A stretch of DNA of 64,000 nt, taken from positions 2,976,001-3,040,000 of the forward strand of contig CBFFSA010000001.1 in NCBI GenBank assembly GCA_965644495.1, in the 5' to 3' direction. The DNA is from Perkinsela sp. CCAP 1560/9 (Eukaryota; Protista; Euglenozoa: Kinetoplastea). Below, piece after piece: positions 10,004-20,849 of this stretch. The position numbers were made by a program, and so were the translations under genes. The notes below the pieces were generated by a model. The model was not told where the DNA came from. It saw nothing but the letters and a program-made list of their open reading frames with translations, and did no database searches. Each line of letters begins with the position of its first letter. Within the stretch, counting starts at the first letter, position 1.

Positions 10004-11182
10004 TTAGTGAGATACTTTTGGCATTTTTAGGTGTGCGCTTAACAGTATTTGGTGTGGATGTAATCCAGTTAAAATTTTAACAGTAGACGCGAGATAGACA
10101 AGATTTTCCTCATTATCAATTGACATTAATGCAACATAGGCATGAACGCGTGAAGTAAACGAATTAGGCGAAATCAATGCACCGATGCTGCCAATAAAAT
10201 GATACAATGTGAAATTACAGTCACATGCAAGACCAAGAGCCGTGTCGCGTTTGCAGGAACAACATTTAAATCTAATATGGTACACAGGCAGCTTAAGAAT
10301 CACTCTTGGATTGAAACATTCGTCAATCTTCCTTTCCCGCGTGTTCGTACGCGTGCTCTGATCCCTATAGTACGTACTGGGAGCTTTTGGGAAACTAAAG
10401 ATCCGCAAATAGTTTCCTGTGATTTCTTTGAAATGGTCCAATTCCAGCCGATGGCAGACCTCTGGTGCGTCAATAACAACGATAACGTTAATCGAAAAAA
10501 TCTTTATCAAGGTAGTGACAATGTCGTAACCCAGCCCTTCAATCCAACCCATAGTATTTACTATTAAATTTAAGTCTGTGTTATTTCTTCGAAAACGCGC
10601 TATTTTTGCTGCCAGATTTGTGCAAATATTAAAGTACTCACGTACAGTCCTTCCCCTTACATGGTTGTGACCGAAAAAATATGACCCGATAGTATCGTGT
10701 GGTATAGATCTCTCGTCCCAGATCAGGTTTTGTAGAAGCGCGAAATGAACAGAACCAGAAATACCTAAGCTGTTCTGACCTACATCGACATCTGCATAAA
10801 CTACCTGACGTGATCGTTTAAGACTAGTATTTACAAAATACTGACATAGTGTGCTTTTGCCCGAGTTTGAAGGACCAACAACTAGTATAGTTGGGGTTCC
10901 GCGTCTCGGGACACTGTAGGAAAACGTTGAAATGAGTGGTTCATACGTTTGGACCAAAAAGTCAAGCACAATATGCGCGTAGAACTCACCAGAAACACGA
11001 ATGATAGCCCAATAATGAGGGGAAATAACTATCGTTTTTTTTTCAAAATGAAGTGGACGTTTGCGCAACAAAGAATAACCAAATGCATGTGCTCGACCAG
11101 CAACAAGTTCTACTGCACCGCTGGTCACACACTCAATATGTAGAGCACCTCTATGCTGATGTAATTCAAATGTGGCCTGCAT
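10004..11182 (-). CDS. CLP1: Clp1-family polynucleotide 5'-kinase (mRNA cleavage/polyadenylation factor)
   Basis: P-loop VVGPSNSGKSTL, DVDVGQNS and IVNTMGWIEGLGY motifs; N-terminal SGAVELVA beta domain. Confidence 0.85.
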   Translation of the reverse strand: MQATFELHQHRGALHIECVTSGAVELVAGRAHAFGYSLLRKRPLHFEKKTIVISPHYWAIIRVSGEFYAHIVLDFLVQTYEPLISTFSYSVPRRGTPTILVVGPSNSGKSTLCQYFVNTSLKRSRQVVYADVDVGQNSLGISGSVHFALLQNLIWDERSIPHDTIGSYFFGHNHVRGRTVREYFNICTNLAAKIARFRRNNTDLNLIVNTMGWIEGLGYDIVTTLIKIFSINVIVVIDAPEVCHRLELDHFKEITGNYLRIFSFPKAPSTYYRDQSTRTNTRERKIDECFNPRVILKLPVYHIRFKCCSCKRDTALGLACDCNFTLYHFIGSIGALISPNSFTSRVHAYVALMSIDNEENLVYLASTVKILTGLHPHQILLSAHLKMPKVSH

Positions 11183-11384
11183 GATCGTTTCATTATTATT
11201 AAGTCTTCGCCACGTCTAGAAAAAAATAATAAAGCGATTTCAATTTACTGCCATACCGATAAGCTCCGTTAATCCTGTCAATTTTTCTCAGAACAAATGT
11301 GCAATGTGCATTATTTTCTGAAACCGGAGCACAATTTTTTTCCGATACTGTAAGGATACGCTATGTGATACATTATGTATATTA

Positions 11385-12584
11385 TGGGCTGCGGGTGAAA
11401 CCTCGCCACCCACAGCCCCATTTTTAGTAGCTGCGTTAAACGAGGTGTTTACCATTGCTACACGTTGAAAACTACCTCCGCGTTTAACGAAGCGACTAAG
11501 CAAGAAAACATTGAGCAAAGTTCAAGAACCTTTCAATTTTTAGGTTCAAATGCCGCATTGGACACTATACAGTTGTCCACTGCCATCCAGTGCCATCCAA
11601 AACGGAGATATGAGCGAGTACCGAAGACCTTTTTTTGATTTGGAGGACCGAAGAACTTTCCATTTCCGCCGGATGTTGTAGGACAAGTGATGGCCATGAT
11701 ATGAAAAAGCGGCTAATGTCGGATTCAATTGTACTCATTTTTCAAAAATACGTCTTTTCCTTTCCTTTTGCAAAATAAGATATTTTCTCGTCTCTTCTTG
11801 TGCGTGCTCTGTCTTGTACATGTGCGGACCTGAGTTGAATTTTAAAGTGAAAGCATGATGGGGACACATCAAAAACTTTTGAAGATTTTTTGCGTTGTGA
11901 CCGAAGAGAAATGTCCTCACGATCACGAGGGTTGGAAAGTTCGTCACTCTGTTTCCAGTATTTGTTGGAGGCGATGTAAGCACGTAAGTTTCAGGAAAAG
12001 GTTGTCTCGGTTACTTCCTTACTTTTATTCAGATGTGCGCAAACCGTCCCACAAATTTTAGTTTTGGGTACTTGTAGTACACAAGTACATAAAAGTTAGT
12101 CATCCAGTGTCATCCAGTGCCATCCGCTGCCATCCAAATCTTCATAGTGTCCATTATAAGACCAAAAATGCCATATTTTACCGCGCATTTGGCCCGTTTT
12201 TGGCGCCTTACCAGTTGGGTTATTGTGGCACATCAATTCTTCCACGGGGTTCGTTCCGTTTGTGGCATAGACGTTACGCCACAGATGCTGGAGCGTGCCA
12301 TTCTTCACATCGTGGATCGCCGCGGGCAGTCCTCTTTGTCAACTTCCACTCCAGAACATTGTCATCCTGCTTTCTCCACATCGAATGGTACACCATCGAG
12401 TACGTATGCCTACCGCGGCAGCCCACTTTCGTTTATAATTAATACTCACCCACTTGCAGTTGCTTTTCAGTGTTGGTAGATGCAATAAATGGACGAAAAC
12501 TATTTGACAATCTCTAAAATATCATTGTACCCTTTTACAACTGCGAGACCTCGCGAGACCGCGGTTAACGTCACCCGCAGCCCA
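11385..12584. mobile_element. Non-autonomous TIR element with TTA target duplication (PIF/Harbinger-like)
   Basis: TTA|TGGGCTGCGGGTGA ... TCACCCGCAGCCCA|TTA (14-bp perfect TIR). It contains a nested family A MITE and GCCATCCAGT-type repeats. Confidence 0.5.
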
Positions 12585-12767
12585 TTAATTATTACTGTGT
12601 AACAGCCTGCATTCCTCTTTATTTTTTCATTGTTTTTGTTCACTTTTTGAATAATCGAGCGTAGAGCGGTAGTTATACAACCACAGCAATATGATACACT
12701 AAGGGTGGAGTGAACATGATATTTTCACGGGGAACATGAATTGTGAGGTGAACATGCAACATCCTGC

Positions 12768-13730
12768 TCACGGGTTGAAGCCGTCATTGCAAAGGGTGAG
12801 TTCTACTGAAGACGAATCACAAGGACTTGTCGAATAAGCAACACGCACCAACCGCTTGTCCGCGCAAGGTGTTCGCGTTATTATTAGACGTGTGGAAATA
12901 TGGTTTGACCAAGATAATCCGAAGGCAGGGACAGTATATCCATCCATACTTCTTACTTGGTTTGAAAAAATGACAGCAACATTATTTAGAATGGCAAAGC
13001 TCTTCAGTGTTACAGCGAGTTCACCAAGGAAGCTCAAAATAGAGTTGTAGTCTGGTTCCTTCAGTTGGGCCCCATATATTTCAGCAAAATCTATAGCGGC
13101 AATAGAATCTATAACTATTAGCGACAATGGCGTCCCTGTTCGTAATAGCTCATCCGCAAGTTGCTGCATCTGAGAAAGCTGAGTTTTGATTGAACGCCAG
13201 TCGCTTTGTTGTGAAACAATCAGTCGATCATAAACACTTTCACTCCATTTCTCCGGTACTGTGCATGAATTGAGCAACTGCGTCAATCGATCCGGTTGAA
13301 AAGATTCGGTAGAGAAGTACAGAACGCTGCCTCCATGGAGCAAGACAGAGAGAGCAGTCTGAAGAAGGAGCGTAGTTTTCCCTGCACTCGCAATGCCACA
13401 TATTTCAGACAAAGTACTACGACGAAACCCGCCCTTTAGTACGTTGTCCAAACTAAGTGAACGGGTAGATATTTTTTGAGATTTGTTTTTGAGTTGGTCC
13501 CACTGCAGAGGTCTCGGCAACAACACACTGGCAACGTTCAGAAGTAGACAGTTCCAGATATCTCGTGATATCACACACTCTACAAAGGAATACAAAAATA
13601 CCGAATCTGCGGCATTACGCATCAGAAGTTCCTCCGCGCTTCGCACGCCATTCTTAGCCAGAAAGCACTGCAGTTTTCGTATGATTTCTGCATCCAGCGT
13701 TAATTGATCCAGGAGTGGTGCTAGCAACAT
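12768..13730 (-). CDS. RAD51 paralog, XRCC3-like
   Basis: First ATG at 13730. Walker A EICGIASAGKT, STESF.PDRL, Walker B LIVIDSIAA, and NQV...PAFGLSWSNHISTRL. Confidence 0.8.
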   Translation of the reverse strand: MLLAPLLDQLTLDAEIIRKLQCFLAKNGVRSAEELLMRNAADSVFLYSFVECVISRDIWNCLLLNVASVLLPRPLQWDQLKNKSQKISTRSLSLDNVLKGGFRRSTLSEICGIASAGKTTLLLQTALSVLLHGGSVLYFSTESFQPDRLTQLLNSCTVPEKWSESVYDRLIVSQQSDWRSIKTQLSQMQQLADELLRTGTPLSLIVIDSIAAIDFAEIYGAQLKEPDYNSILSFLGELAVTLKSFAILNNVAVIFSNQVRSMDGYTVPAFGLSWSNHISTRLIITRTPCADKRLVRVAYSTSPCDSSSVELTLCNDGFNP

Positions 13731-14737
13731 TATTGGTAAGAAATATGAATTGTATTGAATAAACGTAACGTATGACAATGTTCATTGTCATATGAATAAA
13801 AACTTTTTACTCAAAGGGGTGACTCTGTGGGAGCACCTAGGATATCTTTCGTCAAAATTTTCTTCCTTTGTTTCTTAATTTTTTCCTGCAATCGGACGAT
13901 ACAGAAATCATACTACTGGAACTGTTATTCTGCGGGACTTAAACGAGGGTTTCGGCATGTAATACAAGTCAATGAAGCGTCTAACAATCAATAATAATCG
14001 ACATTTTACTCACTATAATTCCATGGACTTACATATGGATCCATACACGGATCCAACATCAGACTTTTATGAAGGCCTGCGTAAGTGGGTTGTGTACAGT
14101 ATTAAAAGTGTGCTGAAGCGCCCATGCACTATGTCGGGAAAGCACCCATGTCAGGAAAAGGGGAGTGATATGAAGTAAAAATTTGTCATGTTAGCCCAGC
14201 ATGTTCTATCCAAGGCCATTGAGGATTTTGGACCTCTGCGAAAATGATTCCACCATGTCAGAGCTCCGGCGAAGTTTACTGGGAGCGCCTGGGCAGGAGT
14301 CACCCCTCTCACTTCTTAAATGTTTTCACGTACCCCTGTACACACTGCTTGCAGGAATAGTGGTACGGGCTGCAGACGGTGATGTTCCCGCAAAGTTTCA
14401 CAGGGATTCACGTTTCAGAAAGACATCACATCTTCAGTGTGTCGACTCGTAACTCTTCTCTATTATTGTATTTGCTTTTCACACTCAAGTCTTGGTCAAG
14501 GCATTGTTCTAGTAGCTATTCCACTTTGTACCCTCAAGACCCTATTTTTTCTACACATCTCGTAGTACAACGCAAAGTACCGTGGGCATAGGTGTCTTTA
14601 GAATTTTATACGGTCAAGCCCTCGATGCAGCCGTTCTGGAATCACCTCAACCAGGCTTCGCGAAGTTTCACGAGACTTCTCGAGGTTTCCCCCGAATCCC
14701 CTCATGTAATAAACTCAATGGTCTCCTGCTAACTTTA

Positions 14738-15379
14738 TCAAGCCATCTGTCTTTCCAGAAACCTGGTCAATTGCGACGATTCATCGGAAGGACCAATAAA
14801 GAAATATTCGGTGTCTATATTGCAAAACGGACAACGTACACTCATAGTGTCTATTGTTTTGGTATTCCTAATCGCACAAAGGCTTGCGTGCGATAGCACG
14901 TGTCCACACGGCGTAAGGAAAACAAACTCCTGATTGCATCCAGGATGGATTGTGGGAGTAATAGGACATGCCCATTTCTCTGCGCTATGCAGTCCTGATG
15001 AGATCACAGGGTCTAACTGTGTTCTAGGAGAAAACAATTTTAAAGTAACCATGTGAGATAACTTTTTTATGTGGGGAACCGCTTGGAAAAATGAGTTTTC
15101 GTTCATCTTTGCATCGAAATTCTCACCGTTCATAGCCTTTTTCCTTGCTTTTTCCCGCTGCTTTCGCGAAATAACTTCTTCCAAGACAAATTCTTTATTA
15201 TACAATCGCCCTTTTCCGCAGGCTACGATAGGCTCAACAAGTTCTTTGCCAGAAATCGCACAATTGGTCCATACTTCATGCTGTCTTCGAGCTCTAAGTT
15301 CTGTCAAGGAGGTGAAGGACTCCTTCTGAGTTGTTACAAGAGTGCTCCGTTTGGGCAAGGTTCCACCATCGAGACCCAT
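14738..15379 (-). CDS. RTF2: Replication termination factor 2 (Rtf2 RING family)
   Basis: MGLDGGTLPKR..LV, W..CAIS..L..PIVAC..GRLYNKE.VLE, CPIT, PCGHV and CPFC motifs. Confidence 0.9.
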   Translation of the reverse strand: MGLDGGTLPKRSTLVTTQKESFTSLTELRARRQHEVWTNCAISGKELVEPIVACGKGRLYNKEFVLEEVISRKQREKARKKAMNGENFDAKMNENSFFQAVPHIKKLSHMVTLKLFSPRTQLDPVISSGLHSAEKWACPITPTIHPGCNQEFVFLTPCGHVLSHASLCAIRNTKTIDTMSVRCPFCNIDTEYFFIGPSDESSQLTRFLERQMA

Positions 15380-15769
15380 AGGTACTAAACGTTTCTAAAT
15401 AAAATAAAGAAGGGTAGAATCAAGGGCACCATAAAAGCAGGAAACTGGCGAAAACAAGAAAAATTGAAATAAAAGGGAACGTACATGAGTCCCAGAAACG
15501 ATTTCATTCGGAAATAGTGAAACAATTTATGTCTTCCACAATCTAGCATTGCCCTTTCCCAAGGCTACGGTCGGGGCTGACTCACTGTAGTCAAGTGACA
15601 AAATGCGAAGCATCAAATAACACCCTGCGAGCTCCTCCGAGAGAGTAGACCCCGATGCAATTTTTTTCTTCCGCCCGCAACGTGATCAAGAAAGATTAGG
15701 ATCCGATCTCTTACTTCTTTAAAAATGAGGACAATCCATTATACGCTCCAGAGTTAAGTGTCCGGAGTA

Positions 15770-17128
15770 TTACCCTCCAGGAGATGCCGAAGGAAGACGA
15801 TAAGACCTCCCAGATCTCTGCAAAGATCTTGCGTGTGTGATTTTTGTGTGACGGAAGAACTTTCTCCTCGCGTCTGGTGCACTATACTGTGGGTTTGAGT
15901 TTACGGGTGGCAAATTATAAAGCCCGTGACGCGGGACTCGAGATCCCTTGTCCTGAAAAAAGTACACGTGATCTGCAGCTCCGCTTTTCCATGGACGTGG
16001 CCGCGCGTTCTTTCGTACAGCACTTTTCCAAAGTTGGTCGCCCTCTGCTTGAACGAATGAAATGCTTTCCTGGTAGTCCGCATCTTCTAAAGTCTCCTTT
16101 TTAATATTTTGCATAGTGCGCATAGTTTGATTAACTTCGGGGTCAACTTTAAAGAGACTCAGCCTCCGATCCAGGACAGTATCAACAACCTCGCGGGATC
16201 GAAAGTTCTCGTCCCATTTGTTAATTCTCTCCAAGTCTTCCTGCGTAAATTCACGCGGACTGGAAACGTGCTTCCCCTTCGACAGGGAAGGTGCCATGTC
16301 CAGAGTGGGGTCACCTCGTAGAGTTGCCTTCGCCTCGTGAATAAGTGACACATACGGCCACGGTATCCCACTCTCTTTCGAATCCACCCCATCCTTTACA
16401 CCCTCTCGGTTCCTCTGCTTCTCCCTCTGTCCCCTTTCCTTGTTCTCCCCAAGCTTGCTGTCCTCTCCCTCCCCTAGCTCAGCCACAACATCCTCCAGCG
16501 AAACCACCCCCAAACGGTAGGCGACTCGAAGCTCCTCCTCGGAGAGCTTGGTCACGTCCCCGCGGAGCTCGTGAAGCCGCCTAAGCAACCCCTCCCGCCG
16601 GGACCCACTCATCGGGTCCAATCCCGGGACGTGACGAAAATACCCCGCGGGGTTACGACGCACCACGTCGTAGAGATCCTCCGAGGCCACGCGGCGGAGG
16701 AACGCATCCCGCATCGCGACCGCGGCACGAACCCCGGAGGGGGGAGACGTGGGGGACTCAGCACTAAACACAGAGCCTTTCGTGTCTCCCGATCCTCTCG
16801 CTCCTCGGTCCCTAGCAGTCTCGTTTTCATGATTCACTCGTTCCTGCTGCTGCGGCAACACAACCGGTGCTGCTCGATTTATCACATGCTCGGTTTCTTG
16901 CGTGGGATTGGAAGAGAAGAATTGTGACCTCAGGCTCTCCCATGTATTTTTGTGTTCTTGTGTACGATTTGGTGAAGAGGGGGATAGGGGGCACTCTGTG
17001 GTCTCGTGTTCAGATAGGGGTGGGGGCTGCGATGGGGTGTGATCGGTAGAGGAAGGATCGGGGGGAAAAGGATCAAGATTGGCGATAGGTTTGCGTCGGA
17101 GATGACGCAGGAGGCTTCGTGCTAACAT
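15770..17128 (-). CDS. Hypothetical protein with probable mitochondrial targeting peptide
   Basis: 452-aa ORF on the cluster strand. The N-terminus MLARSLLRHLRRK is typical of kinetoplastid presequences. Confidence 0.6.
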   Translation of the reverse strand: MLARSLLRHLRRKPIANLDPFPPDPSSTDHTPSQPPPLSEHETTECPLSPSSPNRTQEHKNTWESLRSQFFSSNPTQETEHVINRAAPVVLPQQQERVNHENETARDRGARGSGDTKGSVFSAESPTSPPSGVRAAVAMRDAFLRRVASEDLYDVVRRNPAGYFRHVPGLDPMSGSRREGLLRRLHELRGDVTKLSEEELRVAYRLGVVSLEDVVAELGEGEDSKLGENKERGQREKQRNREGVKDGVDSKESGIPWPYVSLIHEAKATLRGDPTLDMAPSLSKGKHVSSPREFTQEDLERINKWDENFRSREVVDTVLDRRLSLFKVDPEVNQTMRTMQNIKKETLEDADYQESISFVQAEGDQLWKSAVRKNARPRPWKSGAADHVYFFQDKGSRVPRHGLYNLPPVNSNPQYSAPDARRKFFRHTKITHARSLQRSGRSYRLPSASPGG

Positions 17129-17363
17129 GGTGAAATGGGTTTTTTAGGGGTGAGTTAGAAAGAGGGATGTGTTAGAAAACAAGGATGAAGAGAGGGCCAT
17201 GTTTCAGAGAGGATAGCTTGTATGACGAACAAAATACTTGGCCACTTTTTTAGTGGTAAACTCTTTTTCACTGACATACTTCACCACAAATCAGGGTTTT
17301 TACTGGACAGATGCCATTTCTCTTCCCAACCGACGTCAGTTCAAGAAGGTTTGTAAACTCATT

Positions 17364-17651
17364 TTAGAATGAAGGCCGCTCTCGAACAGGCTTTCGAATG
17401 CATGACGGAATCGTCGCGTCCTCGAACGTAGTCCGCGCGGAATAGAACGAACGATGTATCGGCTGAAATACAAGCGACTGACAGTAAGCACGTAAGATCA
17501 ATTGAGATCCAATGATGCCACTTATGACGGTGATTAGTGGTCGCAGACCCGCGGTATCACTGGATAAAATTAATGCTAGTGCTGGTGTGAGGAAGAGCGC
17601 TATGCCCAGTACAAGTAACGATAAAGAAAACAAGGTCTTCTGATGGGTCAT
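17364..17651 (-). CDS. Small putative membrane protein
   Basis: 95-aa ATG ORF on the cluster strand with two hydrophobic segments and a T-rich upstream tract. Confidence 0.4.
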   Translation of the reverse strand: MTHQKTLFSLSLLVLGIALFLTPALALILSSDTAGLRPLITVISGIIGSQLILRAYCQSLVFQPIHRSFYSARTTFEDATIPSCIRKPVRERPSF

Positions 17652-17880
17652 TGTATTTTGTAAACGAAATTAAGAAAACAGTGTACTGTTAAGCCAATAT
17701 AGATTCGCTAAGCAGGAAACATACAAAAAAATTCATGAGGTCAGTAACATCTGTCACCAGCCATCAGAGTGAGAAATAAACATACTGAATATACTATACT
17801 CAAGATAGCAAAGTTAGAATAAGAGTGACAATGTGAAAGATTTTTTCTAAGAAAATTCACATTTTCCTGACAAAATTTCC

Positions 17881-19542
17881 TTAACTTTCATCCCCAAGAT
17901 CCTCCAAGATTATTTCCTGCGTGTGGATCGGATCAAACTGGGCACCTTCACGGCCGTAACAGGAGAGACTTCGGTACTCCCCACCGAGGGCGTACATGAT
18001 TTGATCCCACAACGGCTCTCTGCGGCACATTGGGGGTTCTGGGGGAAAGATAGGCTCCAAGCGCTGCGTGTCATGACCTTGGTGGACACTTCGAAACTGT
18101 TTGCGCATCTGTAACTGCTCTGCGGTGGGAAAGTGTGTACGGGTGTCATTATGTGGTAGTTCCGTCCGTACGATCACCTCCTTCGACTCTTTCTGTGACG
18201 AGCGTTTCTTCGCGAATATTTTCTTGCCACGTTTCCTCAATTTCGGATCTTCATCAGGCTGAGGAATAGGAGCCTGTGCCGCGTTCTCCTCATTTTCCCG
18301 TCGCATCTTCCCCTCCGCCGTTTCTCCGGCCGGCTCGCTCCCCTGGGCACTACTCTCTACGGTTCGGAAAAACTCGGGGGACACGGTCACCGGGAACCAG
18401 AGCCCCTCCTCGAGCTCCCGCTCCAGGTTACGCCGGGACCAGTACATACACCCCCAGTAGACTCGTACCCGAGACCGCAGCTTCCCGAGCAGGTGAGTCC
18501 CGAGCCCCGAGAGTGCCTCTACCCGGCTGTAGTATAAAGACGGAACAGAGGGAACAGAGGAAGGGATTAACACGGAGTGAAGCTCAAAATTGGATTTTGA
18601 AGTAGACGAGGAAGAGGAAGCCAACCCCGAAGTTGACGATGACACATTCTCACTCGGAGTCACCAACATCTTTTCCCGTTCCCCTGAGCCACGAAACAAC
18701 GAAAAAAGTCGTTTCGAGACCGAAGAAGAGGAAGAGGAGGAAGAAGAGGAAGAGGTTGACATCGAGAACCCACCTCTTTCCCCCGCCTTCCCCTCCCTCT
18801 TCCCCCCCTTCCTCCCCCCCTCCCCCTCCGCCATCACGCCCGTGTGCAGCACCCCCACCGCCGCGGTCGGGGGCAGGGTCATCTCGACATGGAACGGCCC
18901 CCCCTGGCAGATCTCGTGCCCCCACAGCACCTCGGGGAACAGCGGGTTGCCCTTGGTGATGCCCACGGTGTAGGGCAGGTCGAGCACGAGGCCGGTCACG
19001 AGGTCGTGCTGGTGCTCGACCAGCATCACCACGCGGCGGTCGTAGTGGGAGGTCCCGAGGGGGTGGGAGAGGAGAACGGTGCCGGGGCGGAGCACCGGGG
19101 AGGGCTGGAGGTGCGCACGGAACCGCGAGCCTGGAGTGTCAAGCTGCGTACAGGTGCGTTGCTGGGGGGGGGAGAGGGCGGGGGGGTGCGCGACCCGGGT
19201 GAGTGTTTTGAAGGCGGGTGAGGCTTTTAGCATGTGTTGCATGTGTTGGATGACCTCGAACCCGGCCTGGATTTCCTCGTTGGTGCGGGGTTGTGAGGAG
19301 GGGTTACGGAACTCGTGACGGATGCGCTCGACGTAGGAGAGGGAGTTGGGTTTGTAGAGCATGGAGGAGCCGGTGCCGAGGACACGTTGGAGGACGGGGT
19401 TGGTGAGGGGGTAGACTACTTTGAGGTAGGGACGGTCGTCGAATTGGTGGGCGACGCGTAGGATGCAGCGGTACATGGTGTGGATCATTTTGCGATCCAG
19501 AGCGATGGGTCGCGTGGTGCCGGAAACGGGTGCAGGGAGCAT
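17881..19542 (-). CDS. DUF179/AlgH (UPF0301)-domain protein with N-terminal LYR-like motif
   Basis: PGTVLLSHP, YDRRVVMLVEH...GLVL, GGP and RVYWGCMYW...LERELEEGLW match DUF179. MYRCILRVAHQF...RIRHEFR resembles a LYR motif. Confidence 0.75.
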   Translation of the reverse strand: MLPAPVSGTTRPIALDRKMIHTMYRCILRVAHQFDDRPYLKVVYPLTNPVLQRVLGTGSSMLYKPNSLSYVERIRHEFRNPSSQPRTNEEIQAGFEVIQHMQHMLKASPAFKTLTRVAHPPALSPPQQRTCTQLDTPGSRFRAHLQPSPVLRPGTVLLSHPLGTSHYDRRVVMLVEHQHDLVTGLVLDLPYTVGITKGNPLFPEVLWGHEICQGGPFHVEMTLPPTAAVGVLHTGVMAEGEGGRKGGKREGKAGERGGFSMSTSSSSSSSSSSSVSKRLFSLFRGSGEREKMLVTPSENVSSSTSGLASSSSSTSKSNFELHSVLIPSSVPSVPSLYYSRVEALSGLGTHLLGKLRSRVRVYWGCMYWSRRNLERELEEGLWFPVTVSPEFFRTVESSAQGSEPAGETAEGKMRRENEENAAQAPIPQPDEDPKLRKRGKKIFAKKRSSQKESKEVIVRTELPHNDTRTHFPTAEQLQMRKQFRSVHQGHDTQRLEPIFPPEPPMCRREPLWDQIMYALGGEYRSLSCYGREGAQFDPIHTQEIILEDLGDES

Positions 19543-20092
19543 GGACAAAGAGGAAGAAAATTTAGTAATGAATGCAACTTTCCGTGATGTTTGAAAAAAT
19601 TCATGGAGACTTATGATACTTGTACTTTAGAGATCATAAAATATAAAAATAAACCCATCTCATTTTTTCGTGAAAAAGGCGCTTAAAGGGAGTCTCTCAC
19701 TCCACTAAAAGGCCTTCGGCACCGCACAACAGTGTAGAGCGGCGCTAAAATCTATACCTAACAAAACAAAATCAAAGAAGAATTCTTTTTTGTTCCCTCG
19801 CTAGACCCTCTTTTTGTTCCCTCCCTATACCCCTTTTTTTGTTCACTCCCTAAACCTACCCCTTGTAGGTTTAGGTAACTCCTTGTTCCCTCCCTACTAC
19901 TTAACACACTACCCCGCGCCCCGCTATCGCACCCCGCGGCAGTAGCAATCATGTACCGCAATCCTGTATAATCTGGGCAGTGCCCTTCTGGATAGACACG
20001 CTTCTGGTCATCCGCACACAGAAAGTGTGAACAAGCATCCGTTTCTATCGGACGTGTTGGCCCGGGCCAACAAGTTCATGGTCTCAATGTAT

Positions 20093-20168
20093 CTTCAGTC
20101 CGTGATGCTCGTGAGATTTGTTGTCATAAATGTTCAAGTGTTTGACAGTGAATAGTCATCATGTGAAG
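20093..20168 (-). ncRNA. C/D box snoRNA, copy 1 (predicted SSU rRNA guides)
   Basis: Minus strand: terminal stem CTTCA/TGAAG, box C ATGATGA, D' TTGA, C' ATGACA, box D CTGA. The D guide GAGCATCACGGA is complementary to conserved SSU UCUGUGAUGCUC, and the D' guide CTGTCAA to SSU UUGACAG. Confidence 0.8.
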
Positions 20169-20745
20169 TCTACTGAATACATACAGCATGATTTCAAATT
20201 TTTAAAAACATTCAATTTTTTTTTGATCTACACTAAATCCTAGACCCACTGCCTTACCCCCGTACCCCGCGGCGGTACCATTCTTGTTCCGCCGCCTGAA
20301 TAATCTGGGCATTGCCCCTCTGAACGGCCACCCCTATAGCCATCAACATATGCGAGAGGCACCGTTTTTGTCCGAAGTGTGGGCCCTCGCCACCTTCCGG
20401 AGAAAGTCCAGGGTATCAGGGCCCGGAATCCCATAGGTTGTGAACGATAGGGGGTGGAATTCTATCTCTCTCGCTTGCGCCATGTCGTTGTGGGCGTGAC
20501 GTTTGTTGGCTTCAGCCGTCCTAAGGGTATGGGACGGCTCGGCGGCCTCCTTCCCGACGGAGGTAAAAGAAATAGTTCATTTGTTTCGGTAAAAGGGGGA
20601 GCAGACAATGCATATCTGTCCCCCCCGACCTCTGCATATTTTTTTCTGTTCCCTCCCTAAACTTGCTTTTTTCCTTCAATAAAGAATCGTATGGGGCATT
20701 GTACAAAATGTTGTCAATGAATCCTTCAAGTAAATAAGAGCACTT

Positions 20746-20821
20746 CTTCAGTCCGTGATGCTCGTGAAATTTGTTATCATAATTTTTCAAGTGTTTGACA
20801 GTGAATAGTCATCATGTGAAG
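20746..20821 (-). ncRNA. C/D box snoRNA, copy 2
   Basis: Near-identical to 20093-20168. Substitutions avoid boxes C, D', D and the rRNA-complementary guides. Confidence 0.8.
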
Positions 20822-20849
20822 TCTACTGAATGCATACGATATGATTCCG

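Noticed and set aside
12096-12480. Transposase remnant inside the TTA-flanked element
   Set aside because: Only vague Merlin-like fragments are visible; too weak to call.
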